From the NCBI GenBank assembly GCA_963704705.1, contig OY969931.1:150001-182000 (forward strand): a stretch of DNA of 32,000 nucleotides. Direction: 5' to 3'. This document shows positions 16,864 to 25,639 of the stretch, one piece after another (the stretch's first letter is position 1; every line of letters starts with the position of its first letter). The translations under genes and the position numbers were made by a program. This DNA is from an uncultured bacterium (GTDB lineage Bacteria > Patescibacteriota > Gracilibacteria > UBA1369 > PNNO01). The notes below the pieces were generated by a model. It ran no database searches. It saw nothing but the letters and a program-made list of their open reading frames with translations, and was not told the origin of the DNA.

Positions 16864-16891
16864 TTACACACTACACTTTTTATGTTATAAT
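16864..16891 (+). promoter_or_regulatory. Promoter of the peptidoglycan-binding-like gene
   Basis: TTACAC - 16 bp - TATAAT with upstream TG (TGTTATAAT). The -10 ends only 14 nt before the ATG at 16906. Confidence 0.6.
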
Positions 16892-16905
16892 ATTTATATA
16901 AATAA

Positions 16906-17700
16906 ATGACAAAAATAAAAATGTTTAAAGAAAAAAGATTAATCCATTTTAGTGGAGGACCTGAATTTAAGGGTACTACTGATCCGGAACCTTATAAGGA
17001 CGAACGTGCTAACTTAAATCTTAAACAACCTGAAAAGAAACTAACTTTAGAAAAGACTTTTAATCGAGATGCATTAAAAAAATATGTTGAAGGCAAGATT
17101 GACAGAACAAATTCAGATCAATTAAAGAAATTACAAGAAAAAATTAAGAAAAAAGGCTGGTCGCAGGATATAAATGATGATTTTTGTAAGAATGTACTTG
17201 GTTTGAAAATCGAAGGCAGAAGCAAGGAGCAAATTAACATCATTATCAAAGGATTTCAGCAAGAAATAAAAACCAGATTTCCCAAAGCCGCAGATCTGAA
17301 AGTTGATGGAAAATTTGGTAAAAAATTCGCTGAAGCTTTGTTAGCCATGGATGAAGTTGAAAATAGTGTATATTATCCAATTGACGACATTATTTTTGTA
17401 TCTGTAGAAGACATGTTTGGGAAAGTGGATGTAAATAAAGTATCAAAATGTGGTAAGATTAAAGATAAAGCAAAAAGAAACGAGTTCTTTTGGAAAAGTG
17501 TTCTAGGATTAGAAATGCCAAATGGAAATCCAAAAGAGCAGGCTAAATCTATAAAAGATAATGTTAAACAATTACAGAACTACATGAAATATAAATCGGG
17601 TAAAAGTATTGATGCTGACGGACAAGTTGGCCCTCAAACTTTGGATGCTTTTGCTAAATTGGTAAAACCTGCCGTAGAATTTAACGACGGTTTATTCTAA
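16906..17700 (+). CDS. Protein with two peptidoglycan-binding-like repeats
   Basis: 264 aa. Repeats ...VLGLKIEGRSKEQINIIIKGFQQEIKTRFPKAADLKVDGKFGKKFAEAL and ...VLGLEMPNGNPKEQAKSIKDNVKQLQNYMKYKSGKSIDADGQVGPQTLDAF. DGxxGxxT is PG_binding_1-like. Confidence 0.6.
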   Translation: MTKIKMFKEKRLIHFSGGPEFKGTTDPEPYKDERANLNLKQPEKKLTLEKTFNRDALKKYVEGKIDRTNSDQLKKLQEKIKKKGWSQDINDDFCKNVLGLKIEGRSKEQINIIIKGFQQEIKTRFPKAADLKVDGKFGKKFAEALLAMDEVENSVYYPIDDIIFVSVEDMFGKVDVNKVSKCGKIKDKAKRNEFFWKSVLGLEMPNGNPKEQAKSIKDNVKQLQNYMKYKSGKSIDADGQVGPQTLDAFAKLVKPAVEFNDGLF

Positions 17701-18581
17701 TCTCCCCACCTTAATTTCTGCCTAAGTACCTTATAATAATTCCCGCCGGTGATTCGAATCATGTCGAAGCTGCGTGAGGATTTTCGGATTTTAATTTCAT
17801 CACCATATTCAAGGTCGAATGTTTCCTGTCCGTCCAAAGTTAAGCCAACGTGTTCTTTTACGCGGTGTGTTTGGACAATTAGTTTTAATTGTCTATCGTT
17901 TGGCACGATAATCGGCCTTACTGATAGCGAAGCAGGGCAAATAGGCACAATAACAAACGAAGGCACGCTCGGGTGAACAATTGGTCCGCCAGCTGATAAA
18001 GCGTGGCCTGTTGAGCCTGTTGGCGTAGCAACAATTATTCCATCCGCTTCAAATTCAATTATTTTTCGTTGATTTACTTCCAATCGCAAATCAATCAATC
18101 TCGCGAATAATCCCTGGTTAATTACAGCATCGTTCAAGGCAAGGTTTGTGTAAATTTTTTCCTGATCTCTATAAATGGTTACGCGCAAAATAAATCGTCT
18201 GTCCAAAACATATTTACCTTTAAAAATTCTATCCAAAACTTCATGCATTTTGTCCGGTGTGGTTTCAGTTAAAAAGCCTAAGGTTCCCATGTTTACACCT
18301 AAAATCGGCACCTTTTTTTTACCCATGCGGCGCGCTGTTTTTAGCAGAGTGCCGTCCCCTCCAAGACAAATCACCATGTCAGCTTTTCGAAGTAATATTT
18401 CTTTTTTCATGCCCTCTTTATCTTTAAAAAGCGCAGCTGAGTTGCTGTCAAAATAAATTTTCTTTTTTTTCTTTTCCAGATATTTAACCAGATCAAACAC
18501 AATCTCTTTACTGGCAATAATATTTCGCTTTGTGATAATCGCTACTGATTCCAATTTATCAGGATTTTTAGTGTGCGGCAT
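17697..18581 (-). CDS. nadK: NAD kinase
   Basis: 294 aa. VICLGGDGTLLKTAR (GGDGT), LGFLTE, and DGIIVATPTGSTGHALSAGGPIVHP. Confidence 0.94.
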   Translation of the reverse strand: MPHTKNPDKLESVAIITKRNIIASKEIVFDLVKYLEKKKKKIYFDSNSAALFKDKEGMKKEILLRKADMVICLGGDGTLLKTARRMGKKKVPILGVNMGTLGFLTETTPDKMHEVLDRIFKGKYVLDRRFILRVTIYRDQEKIYTNLALNDAVINQGLFARLIDLRLEVNQRKIIEFEADGIIVATPTGSTGHALSAGGPIVHPSVPSFVIVPICPASLSVRPIIVPNDRQLKLIVQTHRVKEHVGLTLDGQETFDLEYGDEIKIRKSSRSFDMIRITGGNYYKVLRQKLRWGD

Positions 18582-18593
18582 ATTTTGAGAGGC

Positions 18594-19694
18594 TTAGAGT
18601 GATTTTATAATATCAAGAAATTTCCTTGCACTCAATTTCCAGGAGTATTTTTTCGATTGTTTAAAACCTTTTTTGATTAGTTCTTTTCGCAGCTCGTGGT
18701 TTCTTAATACGCTCAACATGGCGTCTGCAAGGGCTTTCGGGTCATTTGGGTCGATTTTCAAAGCAGCATCTTCAACAACTTCAGGCAAAGAAGAAATATT
18801 TGAAGTTACAACAGGGCAGCCACATTTCATAGCTTCCAAAGGAGGAATCCCAAAACCTTCGTATAAAGTAGGGTATACAAAAACCGAAGCTAAATTGTAT
18901 AAATAAACCAATTCCCGTTCCGGAATATAATCCAAAAATCTCACTTTCCCATCTAAACCGAGTTTTGCTTGTGTTTCAAAAATTTCTCTGAACATCCAGC
19001 CTTTTTTGCCTGCTACCAATAATTCATAATCCGGGAATTCTTTTAATACTTTTGCAAAAGCTTCAAATAAAACCGGAAAATTTTTGCGAGGTTCCAAAGT
19101 ACCTGCAGTAAAAATAAATTTTTCCGGAATATCTTTTTGAATTATAAAATCTTCATAAACTTCAGAAGGCATAGGCTCAAAAATATCCGAAGCAGCATTT
19201 GGGACAATATCAATTAAATCATTTGAAACTTTAAATCTTTTCATCAAATCATTTTGTGTATTTTTTGAGACCGCAAGCACTTTCACCGCTTTTTTAAGGG
19301 CTTTTTTGATTGTAATTTTTTCTGTAAAAACAGCCTTTTTATTGTGTTTGTCTGGAAAAAGAAAAGCCACCAAATCATGAACCGTCATAATAACTTTTAA
19401 TTTTTTCGGTTTATGAAGGGCAGGGATAATATAACTTGTAGGAGCAAAAAATATATCGCACTTTTCATTATATAAATCTTTCAAAACTGTTGTATGCCAT
19501 TTAAAACCTTTCTTATCTATTATTTTCAGTTCTGTATTATTAAATCCAACATACATTGAAACAGGGCAATCAGAATAAAGTAAATATTTATTCTTATTGT
19601 CCAATTTTAGAATGTCTTCTACTAGGTGAGCCGTATAATAGCCTTTCCCAGCTTTTTCATGTACCGTCTCCCTAATATCTATGCCAATTTTCAT
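18594..19694 (-). CDS. Glycosyltransferase family 4 (group 1)
   Basis: 366 aa. MKIGIDIRETVHEKAGKGYYTAHLV..., FVYPTLYEGFGIPPLEAMKCGCPVVTSNISSLPEV. The EGFG..PLEAM...G.PV motif is diagnostic. Confidence 0.92.
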   Translation of the reverse strand: MKIGIDIRETVHEKAGKGYYTAHLVEDILKLDNKNKYLLYSDCPVSMYVGFNNTELKIIDKKGFKWHTTVLKDLYNEKCDIFFAPTSYIIPALHKPKKLKVIMTVHDLVAFLFPDKHNKKAVFTEKITIKKALKKAVKVLAVSKNTQNDLMKRFKVSNDLIDIVPNAASDIFEPMPSEVYEDFIIQKDIPEKFIFTAGTLEPRKNFPVLFEAFAKVLKEFPDYELLVAGKKGWMFREIFETQAKLGLDGKVRFLDYIPERELVYLYNLASVFVYPTLYEGFGIPPLEAMKCGCPVVTSNISSLPEVVEDAALKIDPNDPKALADAMLSVLRNHELRKELIKKGFKQSKKYSWKLSARKFLDIIKSL

Positions 19695-19810
19695 GAGCGC
19701 TAAAGAATCAAGGGTTTTTAGTATACAGTTGTCAAATCTTAAATGTCAATTGTTAAAATTTACCTGCTATGTTATCTTTTTATATGATGTATAACTAATC
19801 CAACCTTAAC

Positions 19811-20644
19811 GTGCATACTAATACTATCAAAAATAAATTTTTGAACCTGCCTCTGCCTCAAAAACTTATTGGAGGTGGTGCACTTCTTGCCCTTATTGGT
19901 TCACTTTTACCTTGGTATCAGGATTTTGACGCTTTTAATCATGGCGTTCAGTTTTTAGGTGTAACAGGGCCATTATATTTAGTGGGATTTATTATTATTT
20001 CCTTAAGTATTTTTTCTTTAATCCTTACTGGATTTTATATTTTTGAAAAAAGTCTTCCTGATTTGCCAATGAAAGAATCGCTTGTTTATATATTAAGCGG
20101 GGCAACAGGTTTATTTTTACTTCTTATAGCAAATTCTGTTTATTTTCATAAGGATTTTGGAACAAATATCACTTCCAAAGAATATGGTATTGGTATGATG
20201 ATCGCATTAGTAGGCACAATTGCTGTAACTTTAGGGGGAATTTTACAAAGCAGAGAGAGCGGCACCGCAAGATTTATTAATAAATTTAAAGAAGAAACAG
20301 GTCTTATTGATGAAGAGGAAGAGAAAATTGATCCGGTTGTTGAACTTAATAATTTCCAAAAAGAGCAACAAGCTCAGGAATTAAAGCAAAAAGAAGCCAC
20401 TGTTGTTGAGGAATCTGTTGCTGAGCCTAAAAAATCATTGGCGCAGGAGCGTTTTGAAGGACATGCAGGAGTGCGTGAATATAAAGCTAAATCTGATATC
20501 GCAGCAGCTAAAACTAAAGTCAGACAGGAGCCGTATCCTGATTCGAGCTTGCTTAAACGTGAAGCTGCGGTTTCAAAACCAGCTGCTAAAGAAGAGGACA
20601 ACGGTCCGATAAATCCAAATTCAGTAATCAGAATGGACTTATAA
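19811..20644 (+). CDS. Membrane protein with about four TM segments and a charged cytoplasmic tail, function unknown
   Basis: 277 aa, GTG start in the track. Hydrophobic N-terminal half and Glu/Lys/Gln-rich C-terminal half. Confidence 0.6.
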   Translation: MHTNTIKNKFLNLPLPQKLIGGGALLALIGSLLPWYQDFDAFNHGVQFLGVTGPLYLVGFIIISLSIFSLILTGFYIFEKSLPDLPMKESLVYILSGATGLFLLLIANSVYFHKDFGTNITSKEYGIGMMIALVGTIAVTLGGILQSRESGTARFINKFKEETGLIDEEEEKIDPVVELNNFQKEQQAQELKQKEATVVEESVAEPKKSLAQERFEGHAGVREYKAKSDIAAAKTKVRQEPYPDSSLLKREAAVSKPAAKEEDNGPINPNSVIRMDL

Positions 20645-20645
20645 T

Positions 20646-20870
20646 ATGATGAAACCTAAATCTAATAATCCGTTTGGCAAAGAAATTCTTTATTACTGCA
20701 AAGACTGCGAAAAGTTTGTTAATGCTAGTAAAATTGGACGCAAGTACGTTTTTAGATGCCCTATTTGTAAAACTAAAAATGTTGCGTTCGGGACCGAAAA
20801 GAGTTTAAAAAATTTCTTTCATTTGGAAGATAAGCCTGACGAGCAAAAGGAAGCCAAAACCAAGGAATAA
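20646..20870 (+). CDS. Small zinc-ribbon protein
   Basis: YYCKDCEKFVNASKIGRKYVFRCPICKTKN: CxxC-N18-CxxC. Confidence 0.65.
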   Translation: MMKPKSNNPFGKEILYYCKDCEKFVNASKIGRKYVFRCPICKTKNVAFGTEKSLKNFFHLEDKPDEQKEAKTKE

Positions 20871-20935
20871 AATTTTATAAAAATTTTAGATTTTCTTAAT
20901 AATTCCGCGCTATAATATGGGCAGAAAATTTTCTA

Positions 20936-20965
20936 TTGACAGGTGAGTGCGCACTCACCTATACT
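20936..20965 (+). promoter_or_regulatory. recA promoter with palindromic spacer
   Basis: TTGACA (20936-20941), 18-bp spacer, TATACT (20960-20965). The spacer is the perfect palindrome GGTGAGTGCGCACTCACC. Confidence 0.8.
20941..20960. promoter_or_regulatory. Perfect 20-bp palindrome, candidate operator
   Basis: AGGTGAGTGCGCACTCACCT is identical to its reverse complement. Confidence 0.75.
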
Positions 20966-21057
20966 AGAGACGAGTAATGCGAGTCTCTCGCGAGCGTAGC
21001 GTGAGCGACAGCGAACTCCTATCTAATACGATCATTATATTTTTAACTTAAATTAAT

Positions 21058-22065
21058 ATGGCTGATCAAAACACTGAGAGAAAAAAGGCGATTGATCTTG
21101 CTCTCGCACAAATTGAAAAAACATTTGGTAAAGGTTCCATCATGAAATTGGGTGAAGCCAAAAAGGTACCGATCGAAACAATACCTACAGGTTCACTTTC
21201 GCTTGATATGGCGCTTGGTGGCGGTGTTCCTCGTGGAAGGATAGTTGAAATTTACGGTCCTGAAAGTTCAGGTAAAACCACTTTAAGTCTGCATGTAATT
21301 GCAGAAGCTCAAAAATTAGGCGGCCAGGCAGCGTTTATAGATGCCGAGCACGCGATGGATCCTATTTACGCAGGTAAAATAGGCGTAGATTTGGACAATT
21401 TATTGGTGTCTCAACCTGATTCAGGTGAACAGGCACTTGAAATAGTTGAAACCCTTGTTCGTTCAAATGCACTCGATGTTATAGTTGTGGATTCGGTTGC
21501 GGCTTTAACTCCTCGTGCAGAAATTGAAGGTGATATGGGTGATGCTCATATGGGTCTTCAGGCAAGATTGATGAGTCAGGCACTTCGCAAATTAACCGCT
21601 GCTATAAGCAAATCTAAAACTACCGTTATCTTCATTAATCAAATAAGAATGAAGATAGGTGTAATGTTCGGAAATCCTGAAACTACCCCTGGAGGTAATG
21701 CTCTTAAGTTCTATTCTTCAGTAAGAATGGAAATAAGAAATATCGGTAAAATTGAAAATGGAATTGGTGACCAAAAAGAAATTCAGGGTAACAGAGTGCG
21801 TGTAAAAGTTGTGAAAAATAAAATCGCACCTCCGTTTAAAATTGCTGAATTCGATGTTATGTACAAAAAAGGTATCTCTTATATTGGAGACTTATTGGAT
21901 CTTTCAACAAAATATGAAATTACCCGTAAAGCAGGAGCCTTCTTCAATTATAAAGATTTAAAACTTGGCCAGGGTCGCGAAAATGTTAAAGATTTCCTTG
22001 AAAAAAATTCTAAAGTTGCAAAAGCAATCGAGAAGGAAGTTCGCGAAAAAGTAGCTAAAGAATAA
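21058..22065 (+). CDS. recA: Recombinase RecA
   Basis: 335 aa. [65 protein letters not shown]. Confidence 0.98.
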   Translation: MADQNTERKKAIDLALAQIEKTFGKGSIMKLGEAKKVPIETIPTGSLSLDMALGGGVPRGRIVEIYGPESSGKTTLSLHVIAEAQKLGGQAAFIDAEHAMDPIYAGKIGVDLDNLLVSQPDSGEQALEIVETLVRSNALDVIVVDSVAALTPRAEIEGDMGDAHMGLQARLMSQALRKLTAAISKSKTTVIFINQIRMKIGVMFGNPETTPGGNALKFYSSVRMEIRNIGKIENGIGDQKEIQGNRVRVKVVKNKIAPPFKIAEFDVMYKKGISYIGDLLDLSTKYEITRKAGAFFNYKDLKLGQGRENVKDFLEKNSKVAKAIEKEVREKVAKE

Positions 22066-22068
22066 ACA

Positions 22069-22515
22069 ATGTACGACAATTTGATGCAGTATGCCCTTAG
22101 GCTTATAACGCGCAAGCGATATACTCAAAAAGAGTTAGAAACTAAGCTTAGGGGCAGAAAAATCGGCACTAAAAAAGATCGTGATAAAGTAATTAATCGT
22201 TTAAAAGAGCTTAGCTATATTAACGATAAAGAGTTTGCAAAAGACTATATTCAGACACGTTTAATTATTAATCCAAAAGGTGAAAATTTGCTTAAATTAG
22301 AGCTTAGACTAAAAGGCGTAGACAGACAAATTATAGACAATGCAATTCAAAGCGCGAATATAGATGAAACAAAAGTTGCATTGGATGTTATTGAAAGAAA
22401 AAAGAAATCTATAAAGCGCACTGAAGGGCAAAAAAGAAAAGAAAAAATACTTCGCCTGCTTTCATCAAGAGGATTTAAGCTTGAAACTATTTACAAAATT
22501 TTAGAGAAGTGGTAG
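22069..22515 (+). CDS. recX: Regulatory protein RecX
   Basis: 148 aa, 3 nt after recA. ALRLITRKRYTQKELETKLRGR...VINRLKELSYINDKEFAKDYIQTR and a C-terminal KEKILRLLSSRGFKLETIYKIL repeat. Confidence 0.9.
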   Translation: MYDNLMQYALRLITRKRYTQKELETKLRGRKIGTKKDRDKVINRLKELSYINDKEFAKDYIQTRLIINPKGENLLKLELRLKGVDRQIIDNAIQSANIDETKVALDVIERKKKSIKRTEGQKRKEKILRLLSSRGFKLETIYKILEKW

Positions 22516-22539
22516 TATCAAGTCAGATTTGAGATAAAG

Positions 22540-22565
22540 CAGGATAAAAATATCCTGTTTTTTTA
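22540..22565 (+). terminator. Intrinsic terminator after recX
   Basis: CAGGATA-AAAA-TATCCTG perfect 7-bp stem followed by TTTTTTT. Confidence 0.85.
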
Positions 22566-22586
22566 TTATATTTAATCAAAACCATA

Positions 22587-23852
22587 ATGGCTGATATGCA
22601 ACAATCACAATTTCTAGCTGCAATTAATCAAATTTGCGACGAGAAAAATATCCCGAAAGACAAAGTAATCGAAACAATTAAAGCCGCGCTTCGGGCTGCA
22701 TTCCGTAAAGATTACGGCAACAAAGAGCAAAATATTGATGTAGAACTAAACGACAAAGGTAATTTTGCAACAATTTTCGTTGTAAAAGAAATCGTAAAAA
22801 AAGTCGAAGACCCTGAACTTGAAATGACTTTAGCTGAAGCAAAAAAATATAAAAAGAATCCAAAAGTTGGCGATGAAGTCAAAATTGACGTTACTCCTAT
22901 GGAGTATGGAAGAATCGCTGCACAAGCCGCAAAACAGGTAATCATTCAACGAATACAGGAAGCTGAAAGAGATGTTATGTATGATACATTTAAAGATCGC
23001 GAAAACGAATTGTTAAATGCTTTGATTCATCGTGTAGACAACCAACAGGTTTACGTGAATCTTGACAATAAAATCACCACAATGCTTCCGCCTGATCAAC
23101 AGATTCCTGGTGAACAGTATTATGCCGGTCAAAGAATCAAGCTTTATCTTGATAAAGTAATTAAAACTACAAAAGGGCCTCAGTTGGTTATTTCAAGAAC
23201 TCATCCAAATTTGGTAAGAAAGCTTTTGGAACTTGAAATTCCTGAAATTAAATCGGGTGTTGTTGAAGTTAAAGGTATTGCCCGCGAAGCAGGTACAAGA
23301 TGTAAAGTTGCGGTTTCATCGAATGATGAAAAAATTGACCCGATTGGTTCTTGCGTAGGTCAAAAAGGAGTACGTGTTCAAAATATTATGGATGAATTAA
23401 ATGGAGAAAAAATTGATATTATTCCATGGACTGACAATATTGAGGAATTTATTAAAATTGCGCTTGCTCCTGCAAAAATAACTTACATTAAACTAGATGA
23501 TAAATTAAAGCGTTCAGCTTGTTATGTGAATCCTGATCAGCGTCCGCTTGCAATCGGTAAAAATGGCCAAAATGTTCGTCTCGCATCAGAATTAACAGGC
23601 TGGGAAATTGATATAATGGATATTAGTGATCTTGACGGAAAAGACGCTGAAAAAATTCATGCTGCACAGGCAAAAGAATTAACTGTTGATGATCTTGAAC
23701 TTGATGAACAGGTTGTTGAAAAATTAAAAGCAGCGAATTTAACACTTGTTGAGCAATTAAAAGGTTTAAGTGTAAAAGATATGTCTTCTGTTGAAGGAAT
23801 AGAAGAAGCAGATGCTAAAAAGATCGTGACTGCTGTAAAAAAGCTTAAATAG
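22587..23852 (+). CDS. nusA: Transcription termination/antitermination factor NusA
   Basis: 421 aa. [15 protein letters not shown]-terminus, S1/KH region [50 protein letters not shown], second [22 protein letters not shown]. Confidence 0.96.
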   Translation: MADMQQSQFLAAINQICDEKNIPKDKVIETIKAALRAAFRKDYGNKEQNIDVELNDKGNFATIFVVKEIVKKVEDPELEMTLAEAKKYKKNPKVGDEVKIDVTPMEYGRIAAQAAKQVIIQRIQEAERDVMYDTFKDRENELLNALIHRVDNQQVYVNLDNKITTMLPPDQQIPGEQYYAGQRIKLYLDKVIKTTKGPQLVISRTHPNLVRKLLELEIPEIKSGVVEVKGIAREAGTRCKVAVSSNDEKIDPIGSCVGQKGVRVQNIMDELNGEKIDIIPWTDNIEEFIKIALAPAKITYIKLDDKLKRSACYVNPDQRPLAIGKNGQNVRLASELTGWEIDIMDISDLDGKDAEKIHAAQAKELTVDDLELDEQVVEKLKAANLTLVEQLKGLSVKDMSSVEGIEEADAKKIVTAVKKLK

Positions 23853-23874
23853 ACTTCCAAAAAAGCCATTTTTC

Positions 23875-23883
23875 TGCTATAAT
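23875..23883 (+). promoter_or_regulatory. Extended -10 element for the pilB-like gene
   Basis: TGCTATAAT, about 26 nt before the ATG at 23909. Same form as the ppdK extended -10. Confidence 0.5.
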
Positions 23884-23908
23884 ACATAGATATTTCTATA
23901 TCAGAATA

Positions 23909-25639
23909 ATGGTTGATATAAATCAAAAAGTACAAAGAGAGCAAAAATCGGCTGCTGGAGGCGGAACAACCGCTGCTGCTGCCGCTCCTGCGCTGCAAAG
24001 AGGTAAAATGGGGGCTGGTTTGGCAGAAATAGACAGGGACTTTGTTGAAAAAGAAACTCTTACAAAAGCACGGGAACTTGGAATTTCATATATCAATGTT
24101 GCTAAAACACCGATTAATCCCGATTTATTATTTATTTTAGATCCGGAAAAAGCAAAGAAGGCAATGGTTATGCCATTTTTTAGTGTTGGAAAGCGTTTGA
24201 GAGTGGCGGTAGCGGATCCTAGCAATCCTGATACAAAAAAAGTAATTGATGGCTTGAAACAACAAAAATATCTGATCAATTTAAATCTTGCTTCAACTGA
24301 GGGATTACAGGAAGCATTTAAATTATATGAATCAGATCAGTACAAAGTTAAAAAGAAAATTGAATCTGAGTATAAAGAAAAAGAAGTTAAGTCTTATGAT
24401 GAAGAGCTTGTTCAGTTAAGTAAACTTCGTGAAAGAGTTGAATCTGTAGCAGCTGAAGAAGCCGTTCAATTGATAAATGTTGGAGCAATTAAAACAGGTG
24501 CTTCGGATATTCATTATGAGCCTGAAGAAAAATCAATTCGGGTTCGATTTAGAATTGATGGAGTATTGCATAAAGTGTTTGATATTGATCATGAAATTTA
24601 TAAAAATCTGGCTAATCAGATTAAATACATGTCCAAAATGAAGCTCAATGTAACCAATGTTCCTCAAGACGGCAGATATAGCTTTGTTGTAAACGAAAGA
24701 AAGGTTGATGTCCGTGTTTCCGATATTCCGACCCAATGGGGTGAGTCGTTTGTAATGAGGCTTTTGGATTCAAAACGTGCAAAACTTGATTTTAATCAGA
24801 TGGGATTTTTTGGAGAAAATTTCAATGAAATCCAAAGACTAAAAGAATTAAGTCATGGAATGATTCTTTGTACCGGGCCTACAGGTTCAGGAAAAACTAC
24901 AACTCTATATACTTTGCTTGAGGATATGAACACCGAAGAAACAAAAATTATTACACTTGAAGATCCAATTGAATATAATTTGCCTGGTGTTTCTCAGTCG
25001 CAAATTAATGAAAAGCGAGGTTATGATTTCGCAAGCGGACTCCGAACAATTTTAAGACAGGATCCGGACATTGTAATGATCGGTGAAATCCGTGATCTTG
25101 ATACTGCGCAAACTGCTTCTCAGGCTGCCCTAACCGGCCATCTGGTATTAAGTACATTGCATACAAACAGCGCAATTGAGACAATTCCGCGTTTGATTAA
25201 TATGGGCTTGCCGCCTTTTATGGTTGCACCCGCACTTCACACTATAATCGCGCAGAGGCTTGTGCGAAGGGTCTGCGAAAGTTGTAAAGTAATGAAACCG
25301 ATTCCGGAAGCGAAGTTAAAAGATATCCAGCAAACTCTTGAATCAATTAAAAAAATAAAACCTGATTTAGCAGTTGAAATTCCAAAAGAACTTCCTGAAG
25401 TTGTGGGCTGCGAAAAGTGCAGTCAAACTGGTTATAGCGGACGAATTGCTCTTGTTGAAATGCTTAATCTTGATTTTGAAATTCGCGATATGATTTTGAA
25501 AGAAGAAAGTTCAAATAATATTTTACTTGCTGCACGCAGAAAAGGGCTTATCTCCCTTAGAGAAGACGGCATTTTAAAAGTTTTAAAAGGTATTACCACC
25601 ATTGAAGAAGTTTACCGCGTAACTAATATTGCGACTTAA
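23909..25639 (+). CDS. pilB: Type II/IV secretion system assembly ATPase (GspE/PilB family)
   Basis: 576 aa. LCTGPTGSGKTTTLYTLLEDMNTEETKIITLEDPIEYNLPGVSQSQIN, LRTILRQDPDIVMIGEIRDLDTAQTASQAALTGHLVLSTLHTN. Confidence 0.93.
   Translation: MVDINQKVQREQKSAAGGGTTAAAAAPALQRGKMGAGLAEIDRDFVEKETLTKARELGISYINVAKTPINPDLLFILDPEKAKKAMVMPFFSVGKRLRVAVADPSNPDTKKVIDGLKQQKYLINLNLASTEGLQEAFKLYESDQYKVKKKIESEYKEKEVKSYDEELVQLSKLRERVESVAAEEAVQLINVGAIKTGASDIHYEPEEKSIRVRFRIDGVLHKVFDIDHEIYKNLANQIKYMSKMKLNVTNVPQDGRYSFVVNERKVDVRVSDIPTQWGESFVMRLLDSKRAKLDFNQMGFFGENFNEIQRLKELSHGMILCTGPTGSGKTTTLYTLLEDMNTEETKIITLEDPIEYNLPGVSQSQINEKRGYDFASGLRTILRQDPDIVMIGEIRDLDTAQTASQAALTGHLVLSTLHTNSAIETIPRLINMGLPPFMVAPALHTIIAQRLVRRVCESCKVMKPIPEAKLKDIQQTLESIKKIKPDLAVEIPKELPEVVGCEKCSQTGYSGRIALVEMLNLDFEIRDMILKEESSNNILLAARRKGLISLREDGILKVLKGITTIEEVYRVTNIAT

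Noticed and set aside
17749-18456. Plus-strand ORFs opposite nadK (17749-17976, 18175-18456)
   Set aside because: Shadow ORFs of NAD kinase.
20374-20612. ORFs 20374-20601 (-) and 20403-20612 (+) overlapping the tail of the 19811-20644 membrane protein
   Set aside because: Alternative frames of the charged tail, with no independent start signals.
23930-23985. GCT/GCC-rich tract (Ala/Gly run) at the start of pilB as a microsatellite
   Set aside because: It encodes a short in-frame linker (AAGGGTTAAAAAPA), with too few perfect repeat units to claim a phase-variable repeat.
22678-24736. Short antisense/out-of-frame ORFs over nusA and pilB
   Set aside because: Both parent genes are full-length with complete family motifs; these are shadows.
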